The notes beneath the pieces were generated by a model, which saw nothing but the letters and a program-made list of their open reading frames with translations, did no database searches and was not told where the DNA came from. A DNA stretch of 64,000 bases, taken from the NCBI GenBank assembly GCA_051294905.1, contig CM119373.1, forward strand, positions 5,644,001-5,708,000, given 5' to 3'. This document shows positions 50,362 to 63,077 of this stretch, piece by piece. Numbering within the stretch: position 1 is the stretch's first letter; every line of letters starts with the position of its first letter. This stretch comes from Botryllus schlosseri (lineage: Eukaryota). Both the position numbers and the translations under genes were made by a program.

Positions 50362-53107
50362 AGGCCTTTTGCAGGACTTCGATCACGTGACTAGATACGC
50401 ATAGCAACAACAAATTGGTTAGCAAGCTACTTTCTCGCGCACCTGCTTCAGTGCTAAATATCGCATAGTGTACTGTTGATTTCTGGTTGTAAACGTTTCG
50501 GAAATTTGTTGTAGAAGTCATCAGAGATTTACCTATGCTAGATGTCAATCCTGTACAAAGCACATAGAATGATATCGTCAGAATTACGCAGAAATCCGTC
50601 GTTAACGTAGCCGTATTTCGGATACAGTATATTATTGTTTTCGGGCTGTAAACGTCCGCAAGTGTCATGGAGATGCGCAAGGATTCAAATATATTGGATG
50701 TCTTTGATTCATGAACTATGTAAACTCCTTGCGTCAAAATGATCGACATTGTAGCCGTTATTTGGTAGTCAACTATGATTTTATGACACAAAATTCGACA
50801 TTGCAGGACATTGACTGCGTGATATTTATTCCAGCATTAAGTTAGGTGTGGATAGTATACTATAGTTGTATTGTAGCGGTAGTTGGTAATCATTGCAGCA
50901 TTTTGATGATTGATATCGATTGCAATATAGGATACTGCTATTTTTAAGCCTAAGAGACAATGACTGCCAGTGCCAGTACGTTGATGTGTTATGAATTCAT
51001 GCAATGTGCTACATACCATATATATATTAAATATCCTAAGCTATTGTATGACTTCTCAGTTAAACAATTCAAAATGTTTAGACCTCTACACCTATATTAC
51101 AAGTTATTGATCATTCTGTCATGCTGCCAAGTGCCACTACCCGAAGGAAAATGATCATCAGCTCCAATTGAGGGTGAAACAAACTGTCCCGGGGCCTGGA
51201 TTACTTGATTGATTGCCTGGATTGGATTACTTCACTCTATGGCACAGTGCAAATATCTTGAGTTTCAAGACATATGGCTATACCACATGCATACGGAATA
51301 ATGATCTGATGGATTATCCCAAGAGAGCCGAACATAGGCAACTAAGAAATTGATGATGCCCTCGTCAAGAATTCAACCTGGAGCCAATTATTATCACCAC
51401 ATAAAATTTGGTTATGCGGTGGAAGGCAGCGTGGTTTCATGCCAACAGAAAATGTCAGCAGATGATCTGACCACTGACTAACTGTCCTGAACTTCTTTCC
51501 CGATGTTGATGTCTGCTTTGAAAATGATATTTCATTTGTGTACAGCAAGACAAGCGCTCTTCCGTGGATGCTATGAATATGTCTAGACAAGTGGCTATGG
51601 AGGTAGAGGAAAATACATAGGCATAACAGTCTCGGCAGTTATTGAACTTGATAAGGTTAACATCCATTTTTCTTCAACTATTTCTTATGCTCTGAGTATC
51701 GAATGCACAAAAATTAATAAATCGATCTTCTTTGCAAGTTTATTTGTAAATTCAATGAATCAAAGAATATCATAAGTTCAGAATATTACGGAGTCAATGC
51801 GAAAGAAACAATGTTAGTCGTCTTTAGAGGATGTTTCTGAGTTGGATGAGCCAATACACAGAGGGGGTCAGCAACGAAGTACTATTTTACCTGAGTACTA
51901 GCGTCATTATGAGTTTAGGCTACTTCCACTTCTACTTGACACTTTTTAGGTAGTACTTTTTTGTCAGGTTTGGGATTTTGTCAACTAGAAAGTAGCTTTG
52001 GCGCATGATCGCATCCCCTTCAAGCGTGAGGTTGTCATAACAACTGGGCAAAATAGCCCCAGTACCACGGTAACTAAATTAATTTTTGAAAATTGCACTC
52101 ATTTGTGGTGTCATCACCCTTTTGCGTTGATCAAGAAGATGCAACATGCAATGTTTACAGTTGTCACATGGCATCAATTTCTAAAACTAAGTGACCCTCA
52201 ACCAAATCTACTTCATGTAACGAATTTCTTGACCGCTTTTCAGAAATTCATTTCTACTTCCACTTGAAGTACTGTCCTGGAAGTAATTAGTGCTACTTGT
52301 ACTGGAGTATAAATTATAAGGCATTGCTTCTACTCGGTTCCCAACAATGACCACGTTGACCACGTCTGGGTATAGGATGACCGATCTTGTCACTGCGTTT
52401 GAGCTGCTCTAAGAGTTATATGATAGTTACTTCCATTAGTTCGCTAAATATCGCACATATGTGACATCAAATATTTATCAAAATCGAGTGTGATTTGCCA
52501 AATCCACTTCAATCGCAGTTGCGAAGTAGTGGTAATAAAATTGGCATTGTATAAGGCAACAATAAAGTGCACTGATTTGCTTAGTCTTGACGGCAGGTTC
52601 TCCCAAAAGATACTTCCGATGTGTTCAGCGACATTTGTTTTATAGCAGCACCCCAGCACCCAAACCAGCAGACAGTATATCCTGATCCTGGCGGGTCCCG
52701 GCTGCTTCGGCCATATCTTCCATCCAAAATCAGGCTCCACAACAGACAAATAGTACTGCTTGAACTAACAAATACTCTTACCAGAATATAAGCCAATCGC
52801 TTTACTTCAAATGCATAAATTTAAGTACATATAATCAGAGTTGAGTACCGTAATACGACTACGTTACCGATGGATTTCTGCGTAATTCAGACGATATCAT
52901 TCGAAATGCTTTGTACATGATTGACATCTAGCATAGGTGAATCTCTGATGACTTCTACAACAAATTTCCGAAACGTTTACAACCAGAAATCAACAGTACA
53001 CTATGCGATATTTAGCACTGAAGCAGGTGCGCGAGAAAGTAGCTTGCTAACCAATTTGTTGTTGCTATGCGTATCTAGTCACGTGATCGAAGTCCTGCAA
53101 AAGGCCT
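50362..53107. mobile_element. Long-TIR element nested in the Buster transposon (ISL2EU/Harbinger-like candidate)
   Basis: ~260-bp inverted repeats (50362-50622, 52846-53107) starting aggccttttgcagg, flanked by AT on both sides (TA with gg termini also possible). Confidence 0.75.
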
Positions 53108-53634
53108 ATTGTCAATTCCGTCTTGGGAGTCAGTATGACAACACAATTGCCACAGAAGCGATAGTTCCGGTCAGATGTCATATTACTACACAGCACATAG
53201 CAATCACAACAAATCTTTAATATCGAGGTCTTGGTCGCTTCGCATAGCGTTTCGCATTTCCATCATTACTTGCGTTCGAGCAATGTCTTGGTGCTAATTT
53301 CTCACCTGAGCAGCAGTATAGAAAAGAAATAAATTGCTTATTTCTAATTTGCGCAAGTCACCAGCTAGTTTAGGCGTTTACATGCCTAGCGGAATTCAGG
53401 GTAACTGCATACCCAAAACCTTGTCTGGGTATGCGCGGTATACGTAGCCTACCTGCGTCCGGCGTCAATGATCACAACACATGCTGCTGGTACAGATATG
53501 AATTGTTGTGTACAAACAATTGTTTGAGCTGTAAGTGTCGAACTTCCAAGACCAGTTGTATTTGAAGGGTAAGAAGACTTTGAGCAAAATGTAACGAAAT
53601 TTGACCGTTCAATTTAGTGAATATTGACATTATT

Positions 53635-55557
53635 ATGGAGTGTAGCAAACATAAATGTATTGAGCATTTCTTTCGAGCGAAGGCCAGCAATCAGATTGAC
53701 GTTAAAGCGTCTACCAGCACAGAGGAAGGATGTACTTCAGATTTACCACCTAGCGTGAAGCGGTCGGGCAATGCTTATATGGCTTACCCAGAAAGCAAGA
53801 AGCGAAAAGTTGACTTCACAAGGCAGTACGATAGTAAGTACTTAGAGCTCGGATTTGCTATTGCTCCAAGCAGTGAAAAAGCACCACTTCCCATGTGCTT
53901 GGTTTGTAACAAAATACTTTCAAACGACGCCATGAAGCCTTCAAAGCTTACTCGACATTTTCACTCACTGCATGCCGACCTCGTTGGGAAGCCTGTTTCT
54001 TATTTTAAAAGGCTACTGTACAAAGTTGAAAATGAAAGAATTGATTTACAAAAGATGACAGCTACTGATAAACATCTTCTCAGATCATCTTATATAATTG
54101 CCCTCCTAATTAGCAAAGCGAAAAAGCCTTTTACTATTGGAGAAGATTTAATAAAACCATGCCTGTTAGCAGCTGCGAAAGAGGTTTTGGGTCCGGAACT
54201 AGCTAACAAACTTAAAGCCATACCACTATCAAATGATTCAATTCAAAGGAGAATATTGGATATGGCAGTTGATGTGGAACAACAAGTTATTGAGCAAGTA
54301 AACAATTCGAAATATTTTGCTATACAACTTGACGAATCTACGGATTTGAGTAATTGTGCAATACTTGCTTGCTTTGTTCGATATGAATATGAAGGTAGTA
54401 TCATTGACGAATTTCTTTGTTCCCTGCAACTACCTGGACGAACGACCAGTTCAGAATTATTTCGATCTCTCGATACTTATGTCCAAGAACAAGGTTTGTA
54501 TTGGGAAAGATGCGTCGGTGTTTGTACTGACGGTACTGCGAAAATTAAAAAAGTGGCAAACACGGATCTGCTCGTTACACATTGCATTCTTCACAGGGAA
54601 AATTTATGTGCCTAAAAAATGTCTCCTGAATTGACCGAAGTTCTGAACGGCGCAGTGAGAATTATAAATTATATACGTGGCCGAGCATTGCATTCAAGGC
54701 TTTTTGAGGCTTTGTGTGATAGCCTGGGAGCGCAACATCAACATCTTTTACTTCATGCAGAAGTAAGGCGGCTCTCGAGAGGACGTGTTCTCACTCGACT
54801 ATTTGAGTTGAGGGAGGAAGTCAAGCAGTTTCTGTTGGAGAGAAATTCTCCAATAAAAGAACTCCTATCAGATGAGATGTGGATCGCAAAGCTTGCGTAT
54901 TTAGCAGACATATTCAGCCGCATGAATGACCTGAATAAGTCGTTGCAAGGAAATCACACCAACATATTTACGCTGCGTAACAAAACCGATGCCTTCAAAC
55001 GCAAACTGATGTTTTGGAAGAGCAATGTTGAAAAAGATGATATTGATATGTTTCCCTCTTTGGAAGACGCCGTTTCCAATGCTTCTGTAGACACACAGGA
55101 GTTATTTGCTATCATACGTCAACACTTAGAGCAGGTACAGGTCAGTTTTGACAAATATTTTCCAGAAAGTGTAGACCCGCGAAAGGGAAATTACTGGATT
55201 GTTAATCCCTTTACAACCGACATTAATGAGTGTAATCTTAACAATATTGAGAAAGAATCGCTAATTGAGCTTTCCTGTGATGCCACCCTGATGTCTAAGT
55301 ATAAAGACGAGCCATTGTCACAGTTTTGGATATCACTGAAAAATGAATATCCCGCGCTCAGTGATAAAGCTATGAAATTACTGCTGACTTTTTGCACAAC
55401 ATACCTATCCGAAAAAAGCTTTTCATCATTATCCCTCATCAAGACCAAACAGAGAAATCGTGTGGATGTCGCTGCTGTACTTCGCCTAGCAGAAACTTCA
55501 ATTGAACCACGTATAACACGAATAATATCGAAGAGACAGGAACAAATTGCTCATTAA
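53635..55557 (+). pseudogene. Buster-type hAT transposase (ZBED5/ZBED8/SCAND3-like family) with a nonsense codon
   Basis: BED finger CLVC...MKPSKLTRH, KKPFTIGE, QLDEST, CTDG, HCILHRE, LSRG, TTYLSEKSFS..IKTK.RNR. In-frame TAA at 54613-54615 joins the two listed ORFs. Short deletion after CTDG. Confidence 0.92.
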
Positions 55558-57295
55558 CTTGAAGTTTACATTCTCCATTTGGAAGGGATGGCTACGGCAC
55601 TGCAGGCTACGGCAAAAAGATAAACTCGAGAAGATGATGATTCCTCCTCATGTTGTCGTCATTGATGACTTGCATTGATTATTTGAATTGGGCACCATAT
55701 TCAATTACAACCGCATTGATGTTTGTAACTGAAATTACCATGATAATTTGAAAACACCGTGCACGTATAGTTTCAAGTTATTTCCTACGTGTAGGAAAGG
55801 TCGTCTGTACTTGTGTCGTTAGCAAAGCACCTTGTGTTACTTTCGGAGATTTATCGCCATTTCATAATCAAATTAGGCTTTGTGCTTCCTAATGTTCAGT
55901 CGGAAGTTTCGTCATATTTCAGTGATTTTACATCTCAGGCGTGGAATGCAAGGTATTGTGAGGTTTAGTATGCCGGTAGATGACAGAATAGCCCAAAGCA
56001 CTATTTCTGTGCTATGTTGTGCTTTATGAGGGGGTGGTAGGGTGCGATTATGTCATTACCCATACACATATATACATTTGTTTTCGATATTTGGTGAATT
56101 TTTGGTAGGAATGAAGTTGGCGACCTGCTGTGTGCCACGCCTTCTCACTGATATATCCTGACTCTCTGATGCCCTCTTGAGGATCAGCTATTGAAAAATC
56201 AGGGAGATATTGATTTTCACTGAAAAAGTTAGGCATATCGGGTCATAGGAGACCCCAGACTGCGGTGTCATGATGGTGCTACCGGTTATGTAGGCCTGAG
56301 CCAGCATCATTACTCTTTTTCACGGCCCAAGGGACCTTGTTCTAGTCTTCGGAAGGTCTATAAATCTGAAATAGAAGAATATATTGTCCAATTTGGGAAA
56401 AAGTGATCTTTTCGTAATCATATTTTGGGTTGATTTCAGTTTTCGAAGACCCGCCGGTCCGCCGACTATTTTTGGAAATTTTACCGGTCCGCGAGGTGAA
56501 AAAGGTTGAGAACCACTGGTCTACATCACAATTTTCCATCATGCGCTTCTTGATATCAGAATGATGCGATGCCCAAGAAGTCTTTCTTCAGTTAGGATAT
56601 TGCGGTACGTTGACCATAATACCATGTCCACATGTTTGACCGTTTATGATTCACAATGAGCAGACAATTAGCCGTTTACAACGGCAGGCCTATAAAGTAG
56701 GATAAAAGCTGTGAAATATCAAATGATATGTTATTCGACAGTGCAAAATCTACGATACAAACGAAATGCAGACGCCGAAAGAATTTTGACTCAATGAACA
56801 CTTTCGACTAATTTTGACCTATCGCTTCAATTTTGAAAAAAAATTTGACAAATTTTGACATGTCAAAAAATAACCGCCCTAGACATGAGGTCACAAATTG
56901 GCATCATGTAACGAGGTCATTTTACCAACGGGTCTGCCGGAATATGTTTAATTATTATTTACGGCCGGTACATTTTCCATGACAACACCTCACTCAGCTC
57001 CACCGGTAAATCTGATTACGTGAGCAGATAGAGAGTTAAAGAAAATTGATTGCAATATATATGCAATTCCCTAATATTTTGACCGATTTAATCATGAATT
57101 ATAGCGTTTTTCGCGCCTCGCTCGATTAAGCGAAATAAACTGACTCACTAAAAAGTACAACGAATCTCGTTGCTACAAGTAGCGGTAAAAGGTATAGTTT
57201 AATGGGGGTCTAGGGTTTGCTTTATCACCCTATGGGTGGTCCGAGACCAACGTTTTTTAGAAGGAGGTGACCAAGTGCTGTTTCGGTCCTGGTTC

Positions 57296-57480
57296 GGACC
57301 GACAAGATAGCGTAATGGTTAAGCGTCCGGCTTCTTGATTGGTAGGTCGTGGGTTCGATTCCCGGCCGGGTCAGACCAAAGACATGATTAGTAACACTGG
57401 AATCCATGGCTTCCCTGCTTGGCGCTCATGCATTACTGGGATAGCATGGAGGGGTGGTGCATGACTTAGAAAGCCGTAAA
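57296..57480 (+). mobile_element. tRNA-derived SINE (second family)
   Basis: A box tagcgtaatgg, B box ggttcgattcc, then cagaccaaagac...gcttccctgcttggcgctca body. 3' end and TSD not resolved. Confidence 0.75.
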
Positions 57481-58661
57481 GGCTATATCTTCACTTCCTT
57501 GTCCAGCGGCATATGCACATCATGCACTCATGGTATGCATATGCGCAGATCGTGTGTATGTGTATCATGACTCGGTGTATATGCCGCAAAAACATCAAGG
57601 ACAAAAATAAACTACGTCCTTTCCTTTCCTTTCCTGCTAATATCTTTGCTGCTTTGGTTTTGTTATAAAATATACCATTAGGGTTGTCCAAAACTTGGAA
57701 AATCTTAAAAGTACTCCGTGATTGTGTCTCGTGCTATAGAATATTGATAAAAAAATCCAATGAGCCTGAAGAAGCTCACAACAAAGCTGTTAAGATTTCG
57801 ATCGAAGCGTTTGAAGGTAGATTCTTAAGAATGGGCGTACCACCGACCATAGGACGGCGAGTAGACTAGTAATCACATAACCACGGCTCTTGATTGGCTA
57901 ATCGGCTATGCTTCAATTATCACGATAGCAGCAGCTTGCTGATTGGGTGTTCAAATAGTCTTCTACCGGCGGGCATTCTGAAAGCGCATCGTTGGTAGGT
58001 TGACGGATGATGGTTTAAGATTAATCCAGGATATGTTGAGGTACGAAATACATGATGAACAAACAACATATGTTTCACAAAAAACTTTTACACTTCGGTT
58101 CGTTCAGTTATGTACATGAGGCAAGTAACGTTACGCAGCATTATGAAAGCATGGGGCCTACATGCTGAATTTGGTAGGACTAAGTTTTTTCTCGTTTGTC
58201 ATATAAAAGTTTAAATTGCTGTTGCAGAAAGTTGTCCCAGCGCCAAAAAAAAGGGAGTTCTTTCGCGATTTCCGGTTTGATAACCCCGATCTAGTGCTTA
58301 TTACCCAAACAATTCACGCACGAAATTCAGATACTGACATCAACATAGAGTTGCATTGAGATAACTTTGTACTGAGGCTTATCGAAACGACATACATATC
58401 TATCTACTTTTGGAAAGTTGCGGATTATAGGAAATATTGAAATGTGTTGTAATTGTAAAACTGATCTGATTTTGACGGCGGGTATTATACATAGGCCAAC
58501 GACTGTGATTAAACATCTGAAAATCTCAGCTACTCCGTTACAGCTATAAAATGACAGTACCATTCATAATTTTTTAAAGAAATTTTTCAAATACTGACAC
58601 GCTAGATACACTCAATAAATTCGCAGATTCGTGCAATCTACAACGCAGAATCCAAAAAGTG

Positions 58662-61600
58662 TCAAATATCATCTTCATCACAGTCATCACTCCAATCGTG
58701 CTTCACCGGACCATGTATTCTGGAATTGTGTCGATCGAACGTAATCGTCGCGTCACTTTGACAGCCGCACACGCCAGATGTGTATATATCACTGATTTCT
58801 GACGCAGTCAAAGTCCTGTCCCATACTTCAAATCTCTCTATGTCACCCTGGAAACCTTCATCGCTGTACGATTGTTCACCGGGATTTGATCCACTGATTG
58901 GGCCATATTGACCATGACCCAGTATCAGAACGCCATTTCCTGGCAATATGTTGGAGTCGTCTGTTGCTCTCGTTGCCAGAGTTTCGCCGTCAATGTAATA
59001 AATGTGCTTAGTTTCGCTTCTCACAATGCAAAAATGTGTTCGATTCGTAATAGGGAAAATACTGAAGGTACGATACTTTTTCCCATTGAAATGCACGGTC
59101 AAAGTCATAAAAGGATCACTGAAGGATATCTTAAGAGTCAAGCACGGGTCTGATATCGAAATACTCGTTGATGCGCAGTAAGAGAACAATGTTCCGGACA
59201 CTTTGAAAAGTCCCTTCAACGGTCGAATCCAGGCGCATCCACTGAATGATATCATTTCGGAAATATTACCTTGATATTGAATGTAGCTGGAGTGGTGTGT
59301 TCCAGGGAATGAAAAGCGAGAAATGTTACATCCTGAATGAAATATGATGCCAAATGTTATTTTCAGAGATCTATATTTGTGATGTCGCGATTCAATAAGC
59401 CAAATTAATCTACTACCAAAAAAATTATGGCAACATTATGAAGGATGGATAAGTCAACTACAGCCAACTCCGATTAATTACGATATCGAGTACCTTGATA
59501 ACAGCTTCTTTGTTACACCAGGACCGGAACAGAAGTAAAAATTGCACGTAAAAAATCCGGTTGATTCGGACAATTCTCCGTTTAATTCGGATGCGGTCTC
59601 GCAATTCATATCATTAGGTAATGGCGCATTAAAAAGTACTTAGTTCCGTTAACCACAAGATGAGTAACTATAGTGAAACAATTACGACTCCTGCAATAAC
59701 AATCGACAATGAACTTGTACAAGGTCGTGCCAGCTTCATATGGTATAATTGCGTACATCTTGTAGAAACAGATTGACACAGAAAAGTTTAGCAAGAATGT
59801 GTAATTCCTCGCCAAAATAAAAACAAAAAGTTGTAAAGACGCCTCCATGACAGTTTGGCAGTAAGATGCGTTGGTATTATTCGAACCCTATATGCGTGTG
59901 TTAGACAGCAGTACTGTATACAGCTCTGTTTCTCAAACATTCTTCCATCGCGTATCAGTAATTTGCTTTTTACCACACGGCGTACCACTAACTTGTTTTT
60001 CACTACACATGGCGTACCACTTGAATTATACTTATACCACCTGAAATACGTATGTTACATGAGTAAAACGGTGCTCATTTGTTATTCCTGTTTAGTACTA
60101 TACCACAATACGAATGGACAGCATTGAAGCGCCATTTAGGGAGATATTCTAAACAGTTTCTTATGCAGGAGCTCGTAAATCTAGGGTCGCATGCGGCCCG
60201 CATCACCGTTTTGTGCGGCCCTCGAAAGGCTCAAGAAACGTATTAAAAATATTGATAAAATGAGTACTAAGTATCTAATTACTGCAGGGACTCGATTAAA
60301 CTTTTTCTTATTACATTTCAATACGATAATGATATGTTATATTCTTACTATATACATTATATTTTTATTTCATTGCTAGCGCGATAGCCCGACCTAGAGG
60401 CCAGGCATTCTAAAAGGTTTCAACTGGTAAACATCGAAGAAAGTCAAAATGGGAATGACTTACGGATCACGAGTGTAATTGTACATTAACCATCCAGCAA
60501 GTTTATTAATTTTAGTACAAGCTGTAGGCTACTTGAAAAATCCGATTCGCGCGTGTCTTAAGTAGATTCATTCTCTGTATGTGCTGAAGTATTTATATTT
60601 ATAAAATATATGTATGTTAGTGACAGAAGATTTGAAGCTAACATTGTCATGACGCTGTCAGCATTGTGTGTCCAAGAGTTGAACCAAAAATAGAATCATA
60701 AAATCTATAAACAGATCACTCCTCACAGATTCAAATCTCCATCCTGGTACTAAAATTCGGGAGAACCGACTTTTTTGAAAATTGGTTATTGATGTTGGCC
60801 AGCATCTGAAATCTCGCCAATGTTTCTGTCGCGTGTAGGATATCATCGAATCAATGGTTGGTTGGTTTTAAGTAAACATAGATGTTATTTCCACATCCCC
60901 AATATATACCCAAATACCGATATTGTTTTCTCGTTTATAATCCCAATTTTATATAGTGCCGCCCGCGAATGGATCAAGATGTGGAATGCGGCCCGCGAGC
61001 TAAAATGTTTGCCCATCCCTGATCTAGGATATGACATTACTCACGGCAATCTTCACGTATCACCTGAAGAGCTCTTCACCACCACAGTTTGAGAATCACT
61101 GGTATACAGTATTTGTGGAAAAATTTGATATTGAAAATAATGTACTATAGCACTAACCTAAAGTTATGCTCTGTAGCTAACGTACATTATATGCGATCCG
61201 TCCCAATTATGCAGTATACCGTGACTGCAATTAATTCATCACGCGGCAGTACCAAGTTTTAAATGCGACGTGTGCCTACTGCCTTTACGTACGACCACGT
61301 GGCGAACAATGGATTCTGCGTTTAGCCCGAACAAGGCCGCTTATCCGCTTAACTCCGAAACAGTGAGCGGAACAAAACTGTTCGAAGTAGGCGGAGTCGA
61401 CTGTATTAAAATTATCAAAAATTTAGTAGGATGCCTTTCATGCAGATGCATTTATGGGAGTTATGGAGATTAGTTATGTTTGGGTAGACTTTCGTAAAAC
61501 TTTTATGAAGGGTCAATAAGTCATTTATTTGTATTGTTCACAGTCATCACTGTTGCTTACGGGTTGCATAATTGTCAGGTCATTGTAATTACTGTTCCTA

Positions 61601-61882
61601 GGGCGGCGAGTGTATATCATTATCTAAGCATTGAAATCAAAATTTTCACCGTTCACATTCTCTTTAGATTCTCGCACAAAGTTATTGAAATTACTCACCG
61701 CTGCCAATGGGTTTATATGTGGTATGATTGTTTACATTTGTTGTCGTAACAGGCTTGATGATGGGGGTTGTTTGAGTAATTTGGTTTCCATCTTCCATTT
61801 CGATTTGTGTGTCTATCGAAGTGACCTGGCCTTCATTCCTCATGATGATGTCTTGGAAGCGCCGTACGATCTCTTCATCCAA
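58662..61882 (-). CDS. Pentraxin/LamG-like domain protein, 5' end unresolved: exons ~61882-61699 and 59332-58662
   Basis: Phase-1 GT-AG intron joins a Thr-rich linker to CNISRFSFP...FSGCAWIR...TLFSY...HFCIV...YIDG...GVLILG...FQGDIERFEVWDRTLTASEI, a pentraxin-type motif series. Confidence 0.75.
59924..61101. mobile_element. hAT MITE in the pentraxin intron, with a nested element at ~60166-61021
   Basis: Perfect TSD gtatacag. TIR ..tg(t/a)ttctcaaac. Inner element has gcggccc subterminal motifs and a ...catccctg end. Confidence 0.8.
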
Positions 61883-62666
61883 AACAAGTTGTCAATACCG
61901 AGGTTAATTCAAATATTATCCTTAATATGACCGATTCGTTACGTTTTGCTCGAGGCTACTTGAATGCCGGTCGCTCGATGAGTCAACTTCAAGAAATAAT
62001 ATTTCGAAGCAAATTATTTTTTGTGTGATTAGTGTCATAATATCTTTAAATGTGTGATGGAAGGTAACATGAATTGTCAAGGCTGAAATTGTATTCATAC
62101 GTCTCTACATATAATATTGTTAAATAAGGTAATTTTTTAAACGACATGCATAGTAAATCCGATGAATATAACACACCTTCATTCAACAAATTCGTGGATT
62201 TCGTTTGGTCACTAGATCACAACTCTACAAGTGACAGATAACCGATTTCGTTTACAATGTCATCGCTCAAATGACATTAGCATTCGCGTTCAGGACACTT
62301 TCAAATATTTGAGCGCTTCAATATGCCATGGCCATGAACGTTACTGAAAAGTTAGATTAGGCTGAATATATACTATATTTCAACTGCACTAATAACACTG
62401 GGCAACAATTTTTAACGAAGAATTTGTTGACTTTGATTTTGCACTTGGTTTAAACTACTTTTGGTATGCTGATTTCAAAAATGCGGCTGGTTTTCTTTCA
62501 TCACGTCAAGTTTTTGATCTACGACATATGCCCAGAACATGCAAATATTCACGAATATTACTTTTTCATAGCATATAGAAATCCACACTTTTATCATATA
62601 ATAAATTATATAGCCAATGGATCAATTAAATTATTTAGAAAAAGAGATACTGGTATCGATCTAGGC

Positions 62667-63077
62667 CAGTGGTTCCCAACCCTTTTCGACTCATCGCCCC
62701 CTTTTCATGCTCAACGCCGATCATCGCCCCCCCCCCAAATTTTGTGAACCAAAAATATACAAACGGTGTACAAACTGTAATCACCGGCGGGTTGACTATA
62801 AAAAAATAAAAGGTCAAACTTTCCGTTCGATGTCGGATTTTACACTTTTGCAACTGAATTTTGGTGGGTTGACTAAAAAAAAGGTCATTTCTCCAACTTG
62901 ACTCCAATATAGCCGTTTTAACGCGTCATCGCCCCCCTGTCGCCCCCTTTGCTATGTTCACCCCCGATCGCCCCCTTTGTCCATTTTCGCCCCCCTATCG
63001 CCCCCTTTGTCATTTTCGCCCCATAGACCGCCAAATCGCCCCCTGGGCGGCGATGTCGCCCACGTTGGGAACCACTG
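62667..63077. mobile_element. hAT-Buster-type MITE with tcgccccc arrays
   Basis: TIR cagtggttcccaac. TSD atctaggc/atctgggc. Confidence 0.92.

Larger units (their letters stand above)
50086..56518 (+). mobile_element. hAT Buster/Charlie-type DNA transposon, 6433 bp
   Basis: Perfect 15-bp TIRs cagtggttctcaacc, ccggtccgc subterminal repeats, perfect TSD gtctacat (50078-50085, 56519-56526). Confidence 0.95.
48480..56881. mobile_element. Outer hAT MITE (ttttgac repeats) inflated to 8.4 kb by nested elements
   Basis: Termini tagggcgg...ccgcccta. TSD gatattag/gacatgag (6/8). Confidence 0.7.

Noticed and set aside
52444..52796. Possible THAP-domain remnant on the minus strand
   Set aside because: Only a loose Cys pattern (YCLLVWVLGCC). 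Too weak to call without an HMM search.
50249..53220. Two ORFs (50249-50791 on -, 52921-53220 on +) sharing a near-identical ~60-aa peptide
   Set aside because: Artefact of the 260-bp inverted repeats. No protein-like motif.
54613..54615. Programmed readthrough or two-gene transposase
   Set aside because: Other lesions (deletion after CTDG, W-to-R change) point to ordinary decay.
57296..57375. Possible tRNA gene
   Set aside because: Imperfect stems, and it runs into a SINE-type body.
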